Below are positions 1 through 8,677 of a stretch of DNA of 64,000 bases, piece by piece; the first letter of the stretch is position 1; every line of letters starts with the position of its first letter. Made by a program: the position numbers and the translations under genes. Below the pieces are notes generated by a model, which worked only from the letters and a program-made list of their open reading frames with translations, was not told the origin of the DNA and did no database searches. Source of the DNA: an uncultured Actinomycetota bacterium (GTDB lineage: Bacteria; Actinomycetota; Actinomycetes; Streptosporangiales; Streptosporangiaceae); the NCBI GenBank assembly GCA_963719765.1, contig CAVRCW010000004.1, positions 52,920 to 116,919 of the forward strand, written 5' to 3'.

Positions 1-1
1 G

Positions 2-1756
2 GGTACCGAGCCCTTCACCGAGGTCGATGAGGACACCGCCCGCGGCATCCTGGACGAGGTGAACCGGCTGGCCCTGGGCCCAGTGGCGGACTCGTTCGCC
101 GATGCCGACCGCAATCCGCCGGTCTTCGACCCGGCCACCCACTCGGTGCGGATGCCTCAGTCGTTCAAGCGCTCTTACCAGGCCTTCATCGACGCAGAGT
201 GGTTCCGCCTGGAGCTGCCGCCCGAGCTTGGCGGCACGAGTGTGCCCCGGACCCTGGGCTGGGCAGTGGCCGAGCTGATCCTGGGCGCGAATCCCGCAGT
301 CTGGATGTACTCCAGCCTTGGCTCGTTCTCGTACGCGCTGTGGAAGCTCGGCACGCCCAGGCAGCAGGAGATCGCCGCGCTAGCGGTGGACAAGCACTGG
401 GGCTACACGATGGTGCTCACCGAGCCGGATGCCGGCTCCGACGTGGGCGCAGGCCGGACCAAGGCCGTCCAGCAGCCCGACGGGACCTGGCACATCGAGG
501 GCGTGAAGCGGTTCATCACCAGCGCCGAACACGACATGACGGACAACATCCTGCACATCGTGCTGGCCCGGCCCGAAGGCGCAGGTCCGGGCACCAAGGG
601 ACTGTCGATGTTCCTTGTACCTAAGTTCCTCGTCAACGACGACGGCACGCTCGGCGAGCGCAACGGCGTATACGTGACAAACGTCGAGCACAAGATGGGC
701 CTGAAGGCGTCTACCACCTGCGAACTGACCTTCGGCGCGGATCACCCGGCGGTCGGCACGCTCGTCGGTGATGTGCGCGACGGAATCCGCCAGATGTTCA
801 TGATCATCGAGTTCGCCCGGATGATGGTCGGCACCAAGGCCATAGCGGCGCTATCGACGGGCTACCTGAACGCCCTCGACTACGCCAGGACCAGGGTGCA
901 GGGCTCGGATCTGACCAAGATGACGGACAAGGCTTCGCCGCGGGTGACGATCATGCATCACCCGGACGTGCGCAGGAGCCTGCTGCTGCAGAAGGCCTAC
1001 GCCGAGGGCATGCGCGCGCTGGTGATGTTCACGGCCAGCCAGCAGGACGCCGTGCAGCTAGCTGAGGCGGCGGGCCGCACGGACGAGGTGGCCACGGCAC
1101 TCAACGACCTGCTGCTGCCAGTGGTCAAGGGTGTCGGGTCCGAGCGCGGCTACGAGCAGCTCGCGCAGTCCCTGCAGACCCTGGGCGGCTCTGGCTACCT
1201 GCAGGACTACCCGATCGAGCAGTACATCAGGGACGCCAAGATCGACAGCCTGTATGAGGGCACGACCGCGATCCAGGGCATGGACCTGTACTTCCGCAAG
1301 ATCGTCCGCAACCAGGGAGCAGCCCTGACCCATCTGCTGGAGCAGGTCAGGGAATTTGCCGCTGCGGACAACGGCAACGGTCGGCTCAAGAAGGAGCGCG
1401 CCGCCGTGGCCAGGGCGGCCGACAATGTCGAGGCGATCGTCACCGCGATGAATGGCTTCCTTGGCGCGAGCATGGAGCAGCCCGCCGAGGTCTACCGGGT
1501 CGGCCTGAACACCACCAGGCTGCTGCTGGCGATCGGCGACCTGGTCATCGGGTGGCTGCTCGGCCGGCAGGCTGAGATCGCCGTTGCCAGGCTTGACGGC
1601 GGCGGCCTTGCCGCTGACGACGAGGCTTTCTACCAGGGCAAGATCGCGGCCGCCGGGTTTTTTGCCTCGACCGTGCTGCCGCGCCTTGCGGCCGAGCGCG
1701 AGATCGCCGAGTCCGTCTCGCTGGACGTGATGGAGCTCGCAGAAGAGGCCTTCTGA
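2..1756 (+). CDS. acyl-CoA dehydrogenase (5' end outside window)
   Basis: The frame is open from the window edge ([20 protein letters not shown] precedes the first Met). Acyl-CoA dehydrogenase-like motifs are present ([27 protein letters not shown]). TGA stop at 1754-1756. Confidence 0.85.
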   Translation, partial: GTEPFTEVDEDTARGILDEVNRLALGPVADSFADADRNPPVFDPATHSVRMPQSFKRSYQAFIDAEWFRLELPPELGGTSVPRTLGWAVAELILGANPAVWMYSSLGSFSYALWKLGTPRQQEIAALAVDKHWGYTMVLTEPDAGSDVGAGRTKAVQQPDGTWHIEGVKRFITSAEHDMTDNILHIVLARPEGAGPGTKGLSMFLVPKFLVNDDGTLGERNGVYVTNVEHKMGLKASTTCELTFGADHPAVGTLVGDVRDGIRQMFMIIEFARMMVGTKAIAALSTGYLNALDYARTRVQGSDLTKMTDKASPRVTIMHHPDVRRSLLLQKAYAEGMRALVMFTASQQDAVQLAEAAGRTDEVATALNDLLLPVVKGVGSERGYEQLAQSLQTLGGSGYLQDYPIEQYIRDAKIDSLYEGTTAIQGMDLYFRKIVRNQGAALTHLLEQVREFAAADNGNGRLKKERAAVARAADNVEAIVTAMNGFLGASMEQPAEVYRVGLNTTRLLLAIGDLVIGWLLGRQAEIAVARLDGGGLAADDEAFYQGKIAAAGFFASTVLPRLAAEREIAESVSLDVMELAEEAF

Positions 1757-1955
1757 CCAGACTGGCCAGTGCCCGCACGCTGTGACCACGTCGGTGCACC
1801 GTCTTGGGTGGGAAGCGTAGGCATAATCGCATTCGCGATTTTCACAGTAATGCGGCAGGACCCGGATTACGTCAGTCGTCCAAGGCATTTTCGCCGGGCT
1901 GGTTATGTGGGCCGTCGCCCTGTCCTCGGCAACTACCGGAGCGTAGACTAAAACC

Positions 1956-2025
1956 GTTGCTCCGGACCCCGGCAGCTCCGCAAGGGAACATCGCGGCTGT
2001 CGGAGGGGATCGGAGCCTTTTTCTT
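1956..2025 (+). promoter_or_regulatory. conserved leader hairpin + U-tract, copy 1 (candidate attenuator or small RNA)
   Basis: TAGACT -10-like hexamer at 1944-1949. Then GTTGCTCCGGACCCCGGCAGC...GCTGTCGGAGGGGATCGGAGC forms a long imperfect hairpin followed by TTTTT. The 5' arm GCTCCGGAYCCNGGCAGCT is shared with copies at 5831, 6574 and 5683(-). Confidence 0.5.
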
Positions 2026-2283
2026 GCCGCTGGGTGCCGGCAGGCGGCACAGTGCTCGCGCGGCCACAACTGACGACATCACCGCCGAGCAAGCCCAGAA
2101 GCAATGTTCCGGCCTAGCGCGACCTAAGCGCGCAAAATGAGAACGAGAAGCCGACCGAGGAGCAAGTTAAATGAGCGTCATCGCTTCAATTGCTATGGCG
2201 TGGGCAGTGCTGCCCGGCCAGCAGACGGCACGACGATGGCCAGGCTGAACACTGCTGGCCAGCCAACGGGTGGAAGACGTCAG

Positions 2284-2604
2284 ATGAGCACCGCAGTGGC
2301 CATCGTGCTGATGACCGTTGGCGCGATTTTGGTGTTTGCTCTCACCGCAGGATCACCGCACTGGCTCAATCTGCGTATCGTCGGCGTGATCTTCATCATC
2401 GCAGGAATACTCGGCCTGGCGCTTCCACGGCTGGCGCGCTTCAGTGGGGACGGGTTCCGGCGTTGGCGAGCGCCAACGTTTGCGCAGCGCGATCAGTCTC
2501 AGCCCGGTGCTGAACGCCACTTTGTGCCCAGGTCAGACCTTAACGGCAGGGGTCCGACGCTGGCCGATGACATCCTCGGCCTCGAGCATGAACCGCCGCT
2601 ATAG
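2284..2604 (+). CDS. small two-TM membrane protein (resembles the DUF6458 family), paralog 1
   Basis: MSTAVAIVLMTVGAILVFALTAGSPHWLNLRIVGVIFIIAGILGLALP... is clearly paralogous to the 6091-6441 product (shared GSPHWLN-RIVG and a C-terminal LADDI-ELEH-PP motif). ATG at 2284 follows GGAAGA. The listed ORF start at 2137 adds an Arg-rich, non-protein-like extension. Confidence 0.7.
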   Translation: MSTAVAIVLMTVGAILVFALTAGSPHWLNLRIVGVIFIIAGILGLALPRLARFSGDGFRRWRAPTFAQRDQSQPGAERHFVPRSDLNGRGPTLADDILGLEHEPPL

Positions 2605-2894
2605 GACCCGAACATGGTCAAGCGATAACTCACCTGCATCCGTTGCCTGGCTGGCGCGGCGAGCCTGCCAGCGCGGGCACAGGCGGGCCCGCGGCCTCGG
2701 CTAGCTGCCAGCGCATGCTGGGACGCCAGTGCCGTGCCGGGAGCTCGAGTCGGGTGCGGGAGCATCGTCACCGGTGCGGGAACGCCAGCAGCGGGAACTT
2801 GACCGCCCGGTGCCACATCGGCTGTCGGGCTGCGCCCCCGCGGGCGCCGCGCGGGCGCCCCGCGGTCACCGCGCCGAAGGAAGGGGCCGCGCCG

Positions 2895-3647
2895 ATGATA
2901 GGTGACCGGCGGGTCAGGGTGTGGGGCCTGGTCGCCGCGCAGGCGGCTAGCCGGGGCGGCTCTGTGTCCGCTCGGGATGTATGCGCGGCGTCGGTTGCCG
3001 CGGTGGAGGTTAGCGGAGCCTGGCTGACAGCCGGCGCTGGGCAGGCCGCTCACCTGATGTGGGTGACGGACGAGATCGGCGAGATTCTCGCCGAGCTTGA
3101 GCTGACGCTGGGCGAAGGTCCGTTGCTGGACGCGGCCGCTGCTGGCGGCCCGGTGCTGGCTTCGGATCTGGAAACCGTCGAGGCCGGGCGTCGCTGGCCC
3201 GGCTTCGCTCCGGCAGCGCGCCTTGCCGGGGCGGCGGCGGTGTTCGCGTTCCCGCTGCGGATCGGGGCGATCCGGGCCGGGGTGCTAGGCCTGTACCGGG
3301 ACCTGGCCGGCCCGCTAAGCGGCTTCCATCTCGGTGACGCGCTGGTCTTCGCCGATACCGCGACGTTGCTGCTACTCGAGGCTGACGGCTCGGACCAGGC
3401 GACGGGTCACGGCGCACCCGAGCCCGGGCCCGGTGGCCAGCCTGCTGACCTCGCACTGCGCCGGGCGGAGGTCGACCAGGCCACCGGGATGCTCACCGAG
3501 CAGCTCGGCGTTGGCATCGCCGACGCCTTCATTCGGCTGCGGGCCTATGCTTACACACACGAGCTGCGGGTAGTTGATGTCGCCCAGGACATTGTTGCCC
3601 GCCGACTTCGACTGCGCTCCGACTCTGAGTCATCGTTGGATGGTTAG
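2895..3647 (+). CDS. GAF + ANTAR domain RNA-binding regulator
   Basis: C-terminal ANTAR-like segment AEVDQATGMLTEQLGVGIADAFIRLRAYAYTHELRVVDVAQDIV. The N-terminal part is GAF-like. ATG at 2895 is preceded by GAAGGAAGGGG. Confidence 0.8.
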   Translation: MIGDRRVRVWGLVAAQAASRGGSVSARDVCAASVAAVEVSGAWLTAGAGQAAHLMWVTDEIGEILAELELTLGEGPLLDAAAAGGPVLASDLETVEAGRRWPGFAPAARLAGAAAVFAFPLRIGAIRAGVLGLYRDLAGPLSGFHLGDALVFADTATLLLLEADGSDQATGHGAPEPGPGGQPADLALRRAEVDQATGMLTEQLGVGIADAFIRLRAYAYTHELRVVDVAQDIVARRLRLRSDSESSLDG

Positions 3648-3739
3648 GGGTGACGTTGTTACCGGCCGCCACTCCGGCCGCCATGGGCGGCGGGACCTGC
3701 CGCAAGGTGCCTGAAGCGTTGAGAGATGGTGAGCGGCGA

Positions 3740-4507
3740 ATGGACGGACAACTGCTGGCTGACACCTTCGTCGAGCTGACCGACACCATGGTCGCAGACT
3801 TCGATGTCATTGACTTCCTGCACATACTGACTGACCGCAGCGTCGAGCTGCTCGATGTATCCGCGGCTGGCCTGCTACTGGCCGATCCGCGCGGGGAGCT
3901 GCGTGTGCTGGCCGCGTCCAGCGAGGCGGCCAGGGTGCTTGAGCTGTTCCAGCTCCAGAATGACCAGGGTCCGTGCCTGGACTGCTTCCGCGCTGGCCAG
4001 CCCGTCGCGGCGGCGGACCTGAGCGTCGAGGCACACCGCTGGCCGCGATTCGCAGCCGCCGCGCAGGAGGCCGGATTCGCTGCAGTGCAGGCTCTGCCGA
4101 TGCGGTTGAGGGACCAGGTCATCGGCGCGCTCAACTTGTTCCGGGCCGAGCCGGGAGGGTTCGATGCCGCCGACGTACGCATCGGTCAGGCGTTGGCCGA
4201 CGTGGCAACCATCAGCCTGCTACACGAGCGCGGGTTGCGCCAGAGTGACACCCTCAACGAGCAGCTGCAGACTGCGTTGAACAGCCGGGTCATCATCGAG
4301 CAGGCCAAGGGCAAGCTCGCTGAGCGTCTCGGCCTGGACATGCAGCAGGCCTTCGCCCTGCTGCGCGACTACGCCAGGGACCGCAACCGCCGCCTGGCCG
4401 ACGTGGCGCTGGACTTCGTCCAGGGGAACGAAACTCTCATCAGTCAGGCGGCGGTCAAGTCCCGGCAGCAGCCTCGGCCCTCGGGTCGGCCGTCTCACCC
4501 GTCATGA
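3740..4507 (+). CDS. GAF + ANTAR domain RNA-binding regulator (second, tandem)
   Basis: GAF-like N-terminal part (DFDVIDFLHILTDRSVELL...GALNLFR) and an ANTAR segment (ALNSRVIIEQAKGKLAERLGLDMQQAFALLRDYARDRNRRLADVA). Confidence 0.85.
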   Translation: MDGQLLADTFVELTDTMVADFDVIDFLHILTDRSVELLDVSAAGLLLADPRGELRVLAASSEAARVLELFQLQNDQGPCLDCFRAGQPVAAADLSVEAHRWPRFAAAAQEAGFAAVQALPMRLRDQVIGALNLFRAEPGGFDAADVRIGQALADVATISLLHERGLRQSDTLNEQLQTALNSRVIIEQAKGKLAERLGLDMQQAFALLRDYARDRNRRLADVALDFVQGNETLISQAAVKSRQQPRPSGRPSHPS

Positions 4508-5069
4508 GCAGATCCGCCGGCGGGGCGGGGGCGGCCGCCGGTGGGCTGGCAGCCTCCGGGGAGTGGGCCGCTGGTGGCCTGAAAAGCCGCTGCCAGCTCC
4601 GGCCGCTGCCGCTGTCCTGACCGGGGAGCGGGCTGCCGTTGCGGGAGCTGTTACCGGTCGCGGATGCGGTGTCGGCGCGAGCCGCCTCGCGCTGATCGAG
4701 TAGCTCATCACGGTGCTGGCTGACGGTGGCGGTGTCGGCGCGAGCCGCCTCGCGCTGATCGAGTAGCTCATCACGGTGCTGGCTGACGGCGGCGGTCTCG
4801 CGTCGAGACCTCCGCAGGCCCTGCCGTGCTTCACGGCCGCGGCGGGACGTTCGGCGTGCGCCGCCCAGTAGCACGGTGAGGCCGAGCAGCCCGAGTGCCC
4901 CGACCACGATGCCGGACAGGAAGAGGGTGCCGGTGGAGCCAGTCAGGTGGTAGCCGAGAACGGAGAAGGGGTGGGCGAGGGTATGCGCGGCCCCGGCGTT
5001 GCCGAGGACCGCGGCGACGCCGACGATCACCGCGGCGACCAGGAGGACGAGCCCGAAAACGATGATCAT
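4455..5069 (-). CDS. membrane protein with a 21-aa tandem repeat and a disordered C-terminus
   Basis: Two N-terminal TM helices (MIIVFGLVLLVAAVIVGVAAVL, LFLSGIVVGALGLLGLTVLL), then AVSQHRDELLDQREAARADTA twice. The ATG at 5069 has GGAG 6 nt upstream. The 3' end overlaps the convergent ANTAR gene by 53 nt. Confidence 0.6.
   Translation of the reverse strand: MIIVFGLVLLVAAVIVGVAAVLGNAGAAHTLAHPFSVLGYHLTGSTGTLFLSGIVVGALGLLGLTVLLGGARRTSRRGREARQGLRRSRRETAAVSQHRDELLDQREAARADTATVSQHRDELLDQREAARADTASATGNSSRNGSPLPGQDSGSGRSWQRLFRPPAAHSPEAASPPAAAPAPPADLLMTGETADPRAEAAAGT
4668..4793. repeat. near-perfect 63-bp tandem duplication (2 copies) inside a CDS
   Basis: GGTGTCGGCGCGAGCCGCCTCGCGCTGATCGAGTAGCTCATCACGGTGCTGGCTGACGG(T/C)GGC occurs at 4668 and again at 4731. 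It is in frame (21 codons). Confidence 0.95.
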
Positions 5070-5159
5070 GAAGTGCTCCATGGCGTGCGTAACTAGTGGA
5101 CGAAGCCGCCCGAGGTACTAATGGCGGTCTGGTCGCCTGCCCGGACCGGCGGCAGGTGG

Positions 5160-5193
5160 AGTGCCGGGCTGCCCGAGACCTGGAGCAGCCCGG
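5160..5193 (-). terminator. 11-bp stem hairpin directly after the glsB-like stop
   Basis: TGCCGGGCTGC / GCAGCCCGGCA arms around a 12-nt loop. No clear U-tract. Confidence 0.45.
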
Positions 5194-5200
5194 CAGGTCA

Positions 5201-5488
5201 TCAGCGGTGCGCGAATCGGCGGCGGCTAGAGCTGCTGCCGGTAACCAGGTGGTAGAGGAGCAGCAGAACTGCGGCCCCGACGATGGCGGTGATCCACGTG
5301 GAGGCGTTGAAGAACCCGTGCAGGCTGTGGATGTGGAAGATCTTAGTGGCGGCCCAGCCGCCCAGCAGTGCCCCGGCGATGCCGATCAGGCAGGTGATGA
5401 TCAGGCCTTGCTGTCTCCTGCCGGGGATCAGCATATTGGCGAGCAAGCCCGCCCCGATGCCAAGAACGATCCAGGCGATGATACCCAT
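5201..5488 (-). CDS. GlsB/YeaQ/YmgE family stress-response membrane protein
   Basis: MGIIAWIVLGIGAGLLANMLIPGRRQQGLIITCLIGIAGALLGGW... is typical of the transglycosylase-associated (YeaQ) family. RBS GGAGTCGGTT precedes the ATG. Confidence 0.9.
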   Translation of the reverse strand: MGIIAWIVLGIGAGLLANMLIPGRRQQGLIITCLIGIAGALLGGWAATKIFHIHSLHGFFNASTWITAIVGAAVLLLLYHLVTGSSSSRRRFAHR

Positions 5489-5621
5489 AACCGACTCCTT
5501 AGTCAGCGTAAGTGGCGTGTGCGGTAGTCGGTGTTGTGAGGCGAACGCGGCTGGAGAATCGGTCTCCCGCGGGTGCTCAACTCCTTGGTCCGAAGGGTCT
5601 CTCCGGCACCGGTCCGTTTAC

Positions 5622-5683
5622 AAAAAAATCCGGGCCCTGCCGCTGCCCTCGCGATAATGCGGGCAGCTGCCTGGGTCCGGAGC
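5622..5683 (-). promoter_or_regulatory. conserved leader hairpin + U-tract, copy 4 (minus strand, upstream of the glsB-like gene)
   Basis: Minus strand reads TAGCAT(-10-like, 5697-5692)-agagacaa-GCTCCGGACCCAGGCAGCTGCCCGC...GGGCAGCGGCAGGGCCCGGATTTTTTT. It ends 134 nt upstream of the glsB-like start. Confidence 0.5.
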
Positions 5684-5830
5684 TTGTCTCTATGCTACTC
5701 CTTTCTGACTCTGGCGGATAGGGCATTCCGCAGCCAATTGTTCGGCGGTCGCGGCTGGCCATTTTCACCAGCCGTATTCGGCTTTTCGCTAACGAACCTT
5801 CGCGGGAGTATGCTGGGGACTGTTGCTCCG

Positions 5831-5898
5831 GATCCCGGCAGCTGCAGCCGCGAAATGTAACGGCTGTGGACCCGGGCCCGGAGTTTTTTGCGAATGCA
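5831..5898 (+). promoter_or_regulatory. conserved leader hairpin + U-tract, copy 2 (upstream of the second small membrane protein)
   Basis: TATGCT at 5818-5823, then GTTGCTCCGGATCCCGGCAGCTGCAGCCG-cgaaatgtaa-CGGCTGTGGACCCGGGCCCGGAGTTTTTT. Transcribed divergently from copy 4. Confidence 0.5.
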
Positions 5899-6090
5899 CG
5901 GGCACGCGCCGGAGGGCGACAGGACGGGAAGCTGGATTATGGACATCATCGCCTGGGTCGTTATCGGCGGGGCCGCCGGATACCTGCGGTCTGGTCACCA
6001 GGCGCACTGGCGACGGGATGGGGCGCGGCCATGAGCTGGCGGCCAGATCCGGGTCGATCGGCCCGATCACCGCGAGGGCAACGGCGCACG

Positions 6091-6441
6091 ATGGGCACCG
6101 GGCTTGGCATCTCGCTCATCGTCATCGGCGCCATATTGGTGTTCGCCGTGACGGGCTCGCCGCACTGGCTCAACTTTCGGATCGTGGGCATCGTGCTGAT
6201 CGTCGCGGGCACACTCGGCATGGCGCTGCCCGGGCGGCTAAGGCGTCGTGCCTCGGTGTATCCGGATCGCCTGAGCCGCTGGGTTCTTCCAGGCCAGTTC
6301 CCGGTTGCAGGCGATCCGGCGGCCGGAGCAAACCAGGGCGATGAGCTATGCATCCAGCCGCTGGTCACGCAGTTAAGCGCGGAAGACCCGCCGACGCTTG
6401 CCGACGACATCCCGGAGCTGGAACACGACCCGCCCAGCTGA
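6091..6441 (+). CDS. small two-TM membrane protein (resembles the DUF6458 family), paralog 2
   Basis: MGTGLGISLIVIGAILVFAVTGSPHWLNFRIVGIVLIVAGTLGMALP...PTLADDIPELEHDPPS is paralogous to the 2284-2604 product. Confidence 0.7.
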   Translation: MGTGLGISLIVIGAILVFAVTGSPHWLNFRIVGIVLIVAGTLGMALPGRLRRRASVYPDRLSRWVLPGQFPVAGDPAAGANQGDELCIQPLVTQLSAEDPPTLADDIPELEHDPPS

Positions 6442-6573
6442 GCCGATCAGGCCAAGCCCGGCGGATCCTAGCGTGCCAGACATACGAGGCCTGACCTGAG
6501 CGTTTAGCCTGCCGTTTTACTCGCGATGCAATCTCACCGTGGACCTCAGCACCCCGGACCGGTATGGTAATCA

Positions 6574-6642
6574 TGCTGCTCCGGACCCTGGCAGCTGCGC
6601 CCGCTGATGGCAGCGGGCGGACAGCCCGGGATCCGGAGTTTT
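6574..6642 (+). promoter_or_regulatory. conserved leader hairpin + U-tract, copy 3 (orphan, no downstream plus-strand gene)
   Basis: TATGGT at 6563-6568, then TGCTGCTCCGGACCCTGGCAGCTGCGCCCGCTG-atgg-CAGCGGGCGGACAGCCCGGGATCCGGAGTTTT. Confidence 0.5.
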
Positions 6643-6866
6643 CGCGTCCCGAATCACCGGCTAGCCCGCCTGCCGCCCGAGCACCCGTACAGATTGGGTC
6701 CGGCGAACCTGGCCGGCGGTTACGGTGGTCCGCCGGGGAGGGGAGCTGCGGCTAGCGCAGCTCCCGGTCTGGACGCTGGACGCGTGCTCATACCAGGCCG
6801 GATGGCGCACCCGGACGGCCAGGCAGCCAGTGCTTGAGCTGGCCGCCTGGCCGTCCTGTCATGAGT

Positions 6867-7160
6867 TCAGATCTCGTACTGGACCGAGGCCCTGGCTTTC
6901 GTGCGCGGCCTGCTGAGCCTGCTGATGATGTCCTGGTGCTCCGGGTGATCGCGGTACGCGAGGTAGCTGTCCGCGTCATCGAAGTCGCCGACGACCGCGA
7001 AATCGAAGTTGCCCTCGATGATCCCTGCGTCCGGTCCCGCGTGGTACGCGCGCACGCCAGGCAGCGTCGGCGCGAGCGCGTTGAGCTCGGCCACAAGTTG
7101 CTGCTCCTTCTCCCTGGTCATGTCTTCGGTCCAGGCGAAGAGGACGACATGCCTGATCAT
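6867..7160 (-). CDS. Dabb (stress-responsive dimeric alpha/beta barrel) family protein
   Basis: MIRHVVLFAWTEDMTREKEQQLVAELNALAPTLPGVRAYHAGPD...YLAYRDHPEHQ is typical of the Dabb domain. Confidence 0.8.
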   Translation of the reverse strand: MIRHVVLFAWTEDMTREKEQQLVAELNALAPTLPGVRAYHAGPDAGIIEGNFDFAVVGDFDDADSYLAYRDHPEHQDIISRLSRPRTKARASVQYEI

Positions 7161-7182
7161 CGGGGCTCCATCCGGCCGGCGT

Positions 7183-8666
7183 TCAGGACCAGGCCAGCAT
7201 GCGCAGCGGGTCGGTCAGCATCGCCCCGACATCGCGCAGCACTGCGGAGCCGAGGTCACCGTCCACCAACCGGTGGTCGAACGAGAGCGCGAGCGTGCAC
7301 ACCTTGCGCACGGCTAGCTGCCCGCCGACTACCCACGGTGCATCCTTGATCTGCCCGAATGCGAGGATCGCGGCCTCGCCAGGAGACAGGATCGGGGTGC
7401 CTGTGTCGACCCCGAAGATGCCGACGTTGGTGATCGTGATGGTGCCGCCGGACAGGTCGGCCGGGGTGGCCTTACCGGCCCGTGCGGTCTCGGCCAGCAC
7501 GGCCAGTGCCCTGGCGAGTCCCGGCAGGCTGAGCGCATGGGCGTCCTTGACGTTGGGCACGATAAGCCCTCGGTCGGTGGCTGCCGCGATGCCCAGGTTG
7601 ACGTAGTGCTTGAGCACGATCTCCTGCGCGGCGTCATCCCAGCTGGTGTTGATCATCGGATGCCGGGCCGCCGCGACAAGCAGTGCCTTCGCGACCAGCA
7701 GCAGCGGCGAGACCCGGATGTCGGTGAAGTCCGGGAGCTCGCGCAGCCGGGCCGTCGCAGTCATCGTCTCGGTGATGTCGATCTGCAGGAATTCGGTGAC
7801 GTGCGGTGCGGTGAACGCGCTGGCTGCCATCGCCGCCGCGGTGTGCTTGCGTACGCCGCGGATCGCGATCCGCTCCTCCCGCGGTCCGGTACCCGCAGCG
7901 CTGTCCGTGACCATCGCGACTTTGCCGGGAACGGGGCCGCCCCCGCGCACTCCCGCCGCCGCCAGCTGGACGTCGTCCCTGGTAATAGATCCGTTGGGCC
8001 CAGTTCCTGCCAGCACGGTCAGGTCGACGCCTAGATCTTTGGCCATCTTGCGGACCGGCGGCTTTGCTAGCACCTGGCCGCCGTTCCCAGCCGGTGCCGC
8101 TGACCCGTTGGTGAGCGGCGAAACGGCTGGAGCTGCCGGGGCTGCGGCTGGCTCGGCGGCCCGGCCGGAGCCGCCGGAGCCGCCGGAGCCGTAGCCCCGG
8201 CCGTCCCGGACGCGGACTTGCGAGCACGCCGGCTGGTCGTGCCGAGCTTCACGCCGTAGCCGACCAGGACCGCCTGCCGTTCGGCTTTAGGCGCCGGGCT
8301 GCCGACCATGCCGGGCTCGACCGCGCCTTCAGCCGGCGGCGGGGGCACCAGATCCTCAATTTCGCTGATCGCCCGCGATGTCGGCTCCGGCGCCGTCGCC
8401 CCGGCGGCCGCCCCAGCGGACGCGCCGACGCTGACGGCGATGATCGGCGTGCCCACATCCGCGGTCGCGCCCTCGGGGACCAGCAGGTCCGCGACGACGC
8501 CGGCGTAGGGACTGGGCAGCTCGACCACTGCCTTGGCCGTCTCGATCTCGACGATGATCTGATTGACGGTGATCTGGTCACCAGGCTTCACGTGCCACTT
8601 GACGATGTCGGCCTCGGTCAGGCCTTCTCCGACGTCAGGGAGCTTGAACTCCTTGAGATCTGACAT
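7183..8666 (-). pseudogene. dihydrolipoamide acyltransferase E2 of a branched-chain 2-oxoacid dehydrogenase complex, reading frame interrupted
   Basis: The lipoyl domain (MSDLKEFKLPDVGEGLTEADIVKWHV...IETAKAVVELPSP) starts at ATG 8666 and runs in one frame to TAG 8067-8069. The E3-binding and catalytic domains (VLAKPPVRKMAKDLGVDL...SFDHRLVDG) are in another frame that is open from about 8200 to 7183. The switch lies in the Ala/Pro/Gly linker. Confidence 0.8.
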
Positions 8667-8677
8667 GAGGCCCTCTC

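Noticed and set aside
2137-2283. N-terminal extensions given by the ORF track. Examples: 2137 for the first small membrane protein, 5866 for its paralog, 2643 and 3650 for the ANTAR genes, 11591, 17682, 44284 and 47259.
   Set aside because: The extensions are Arg/Gly/Pro-rich and lack an RBS. Internal starts with good Shine-Dalgarno sequences coincide with where family similarity or paralog similarity begins.
3645-3653. The first ANTAR gene ends TAG-GGG-TGA, a tandem stop that could be a readthrough safeguard linked to the suppressor tRNA.
   Set aside because: A second stop within a few codons is expected by chance. There is no other support.
5160-5193. A fifth copy of the conserved leader element (GCTGCTCCAGGTCTCGGGCAGC resembles the GCTCCGGACCCNGGCAGC core).
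   Set aside because: It is a simple symmetric 11-bp hairpin immediately after the glsB-like stop, with no -10 box and no U-tract. It is most economically a terminator, though it could be a degenerate relative.
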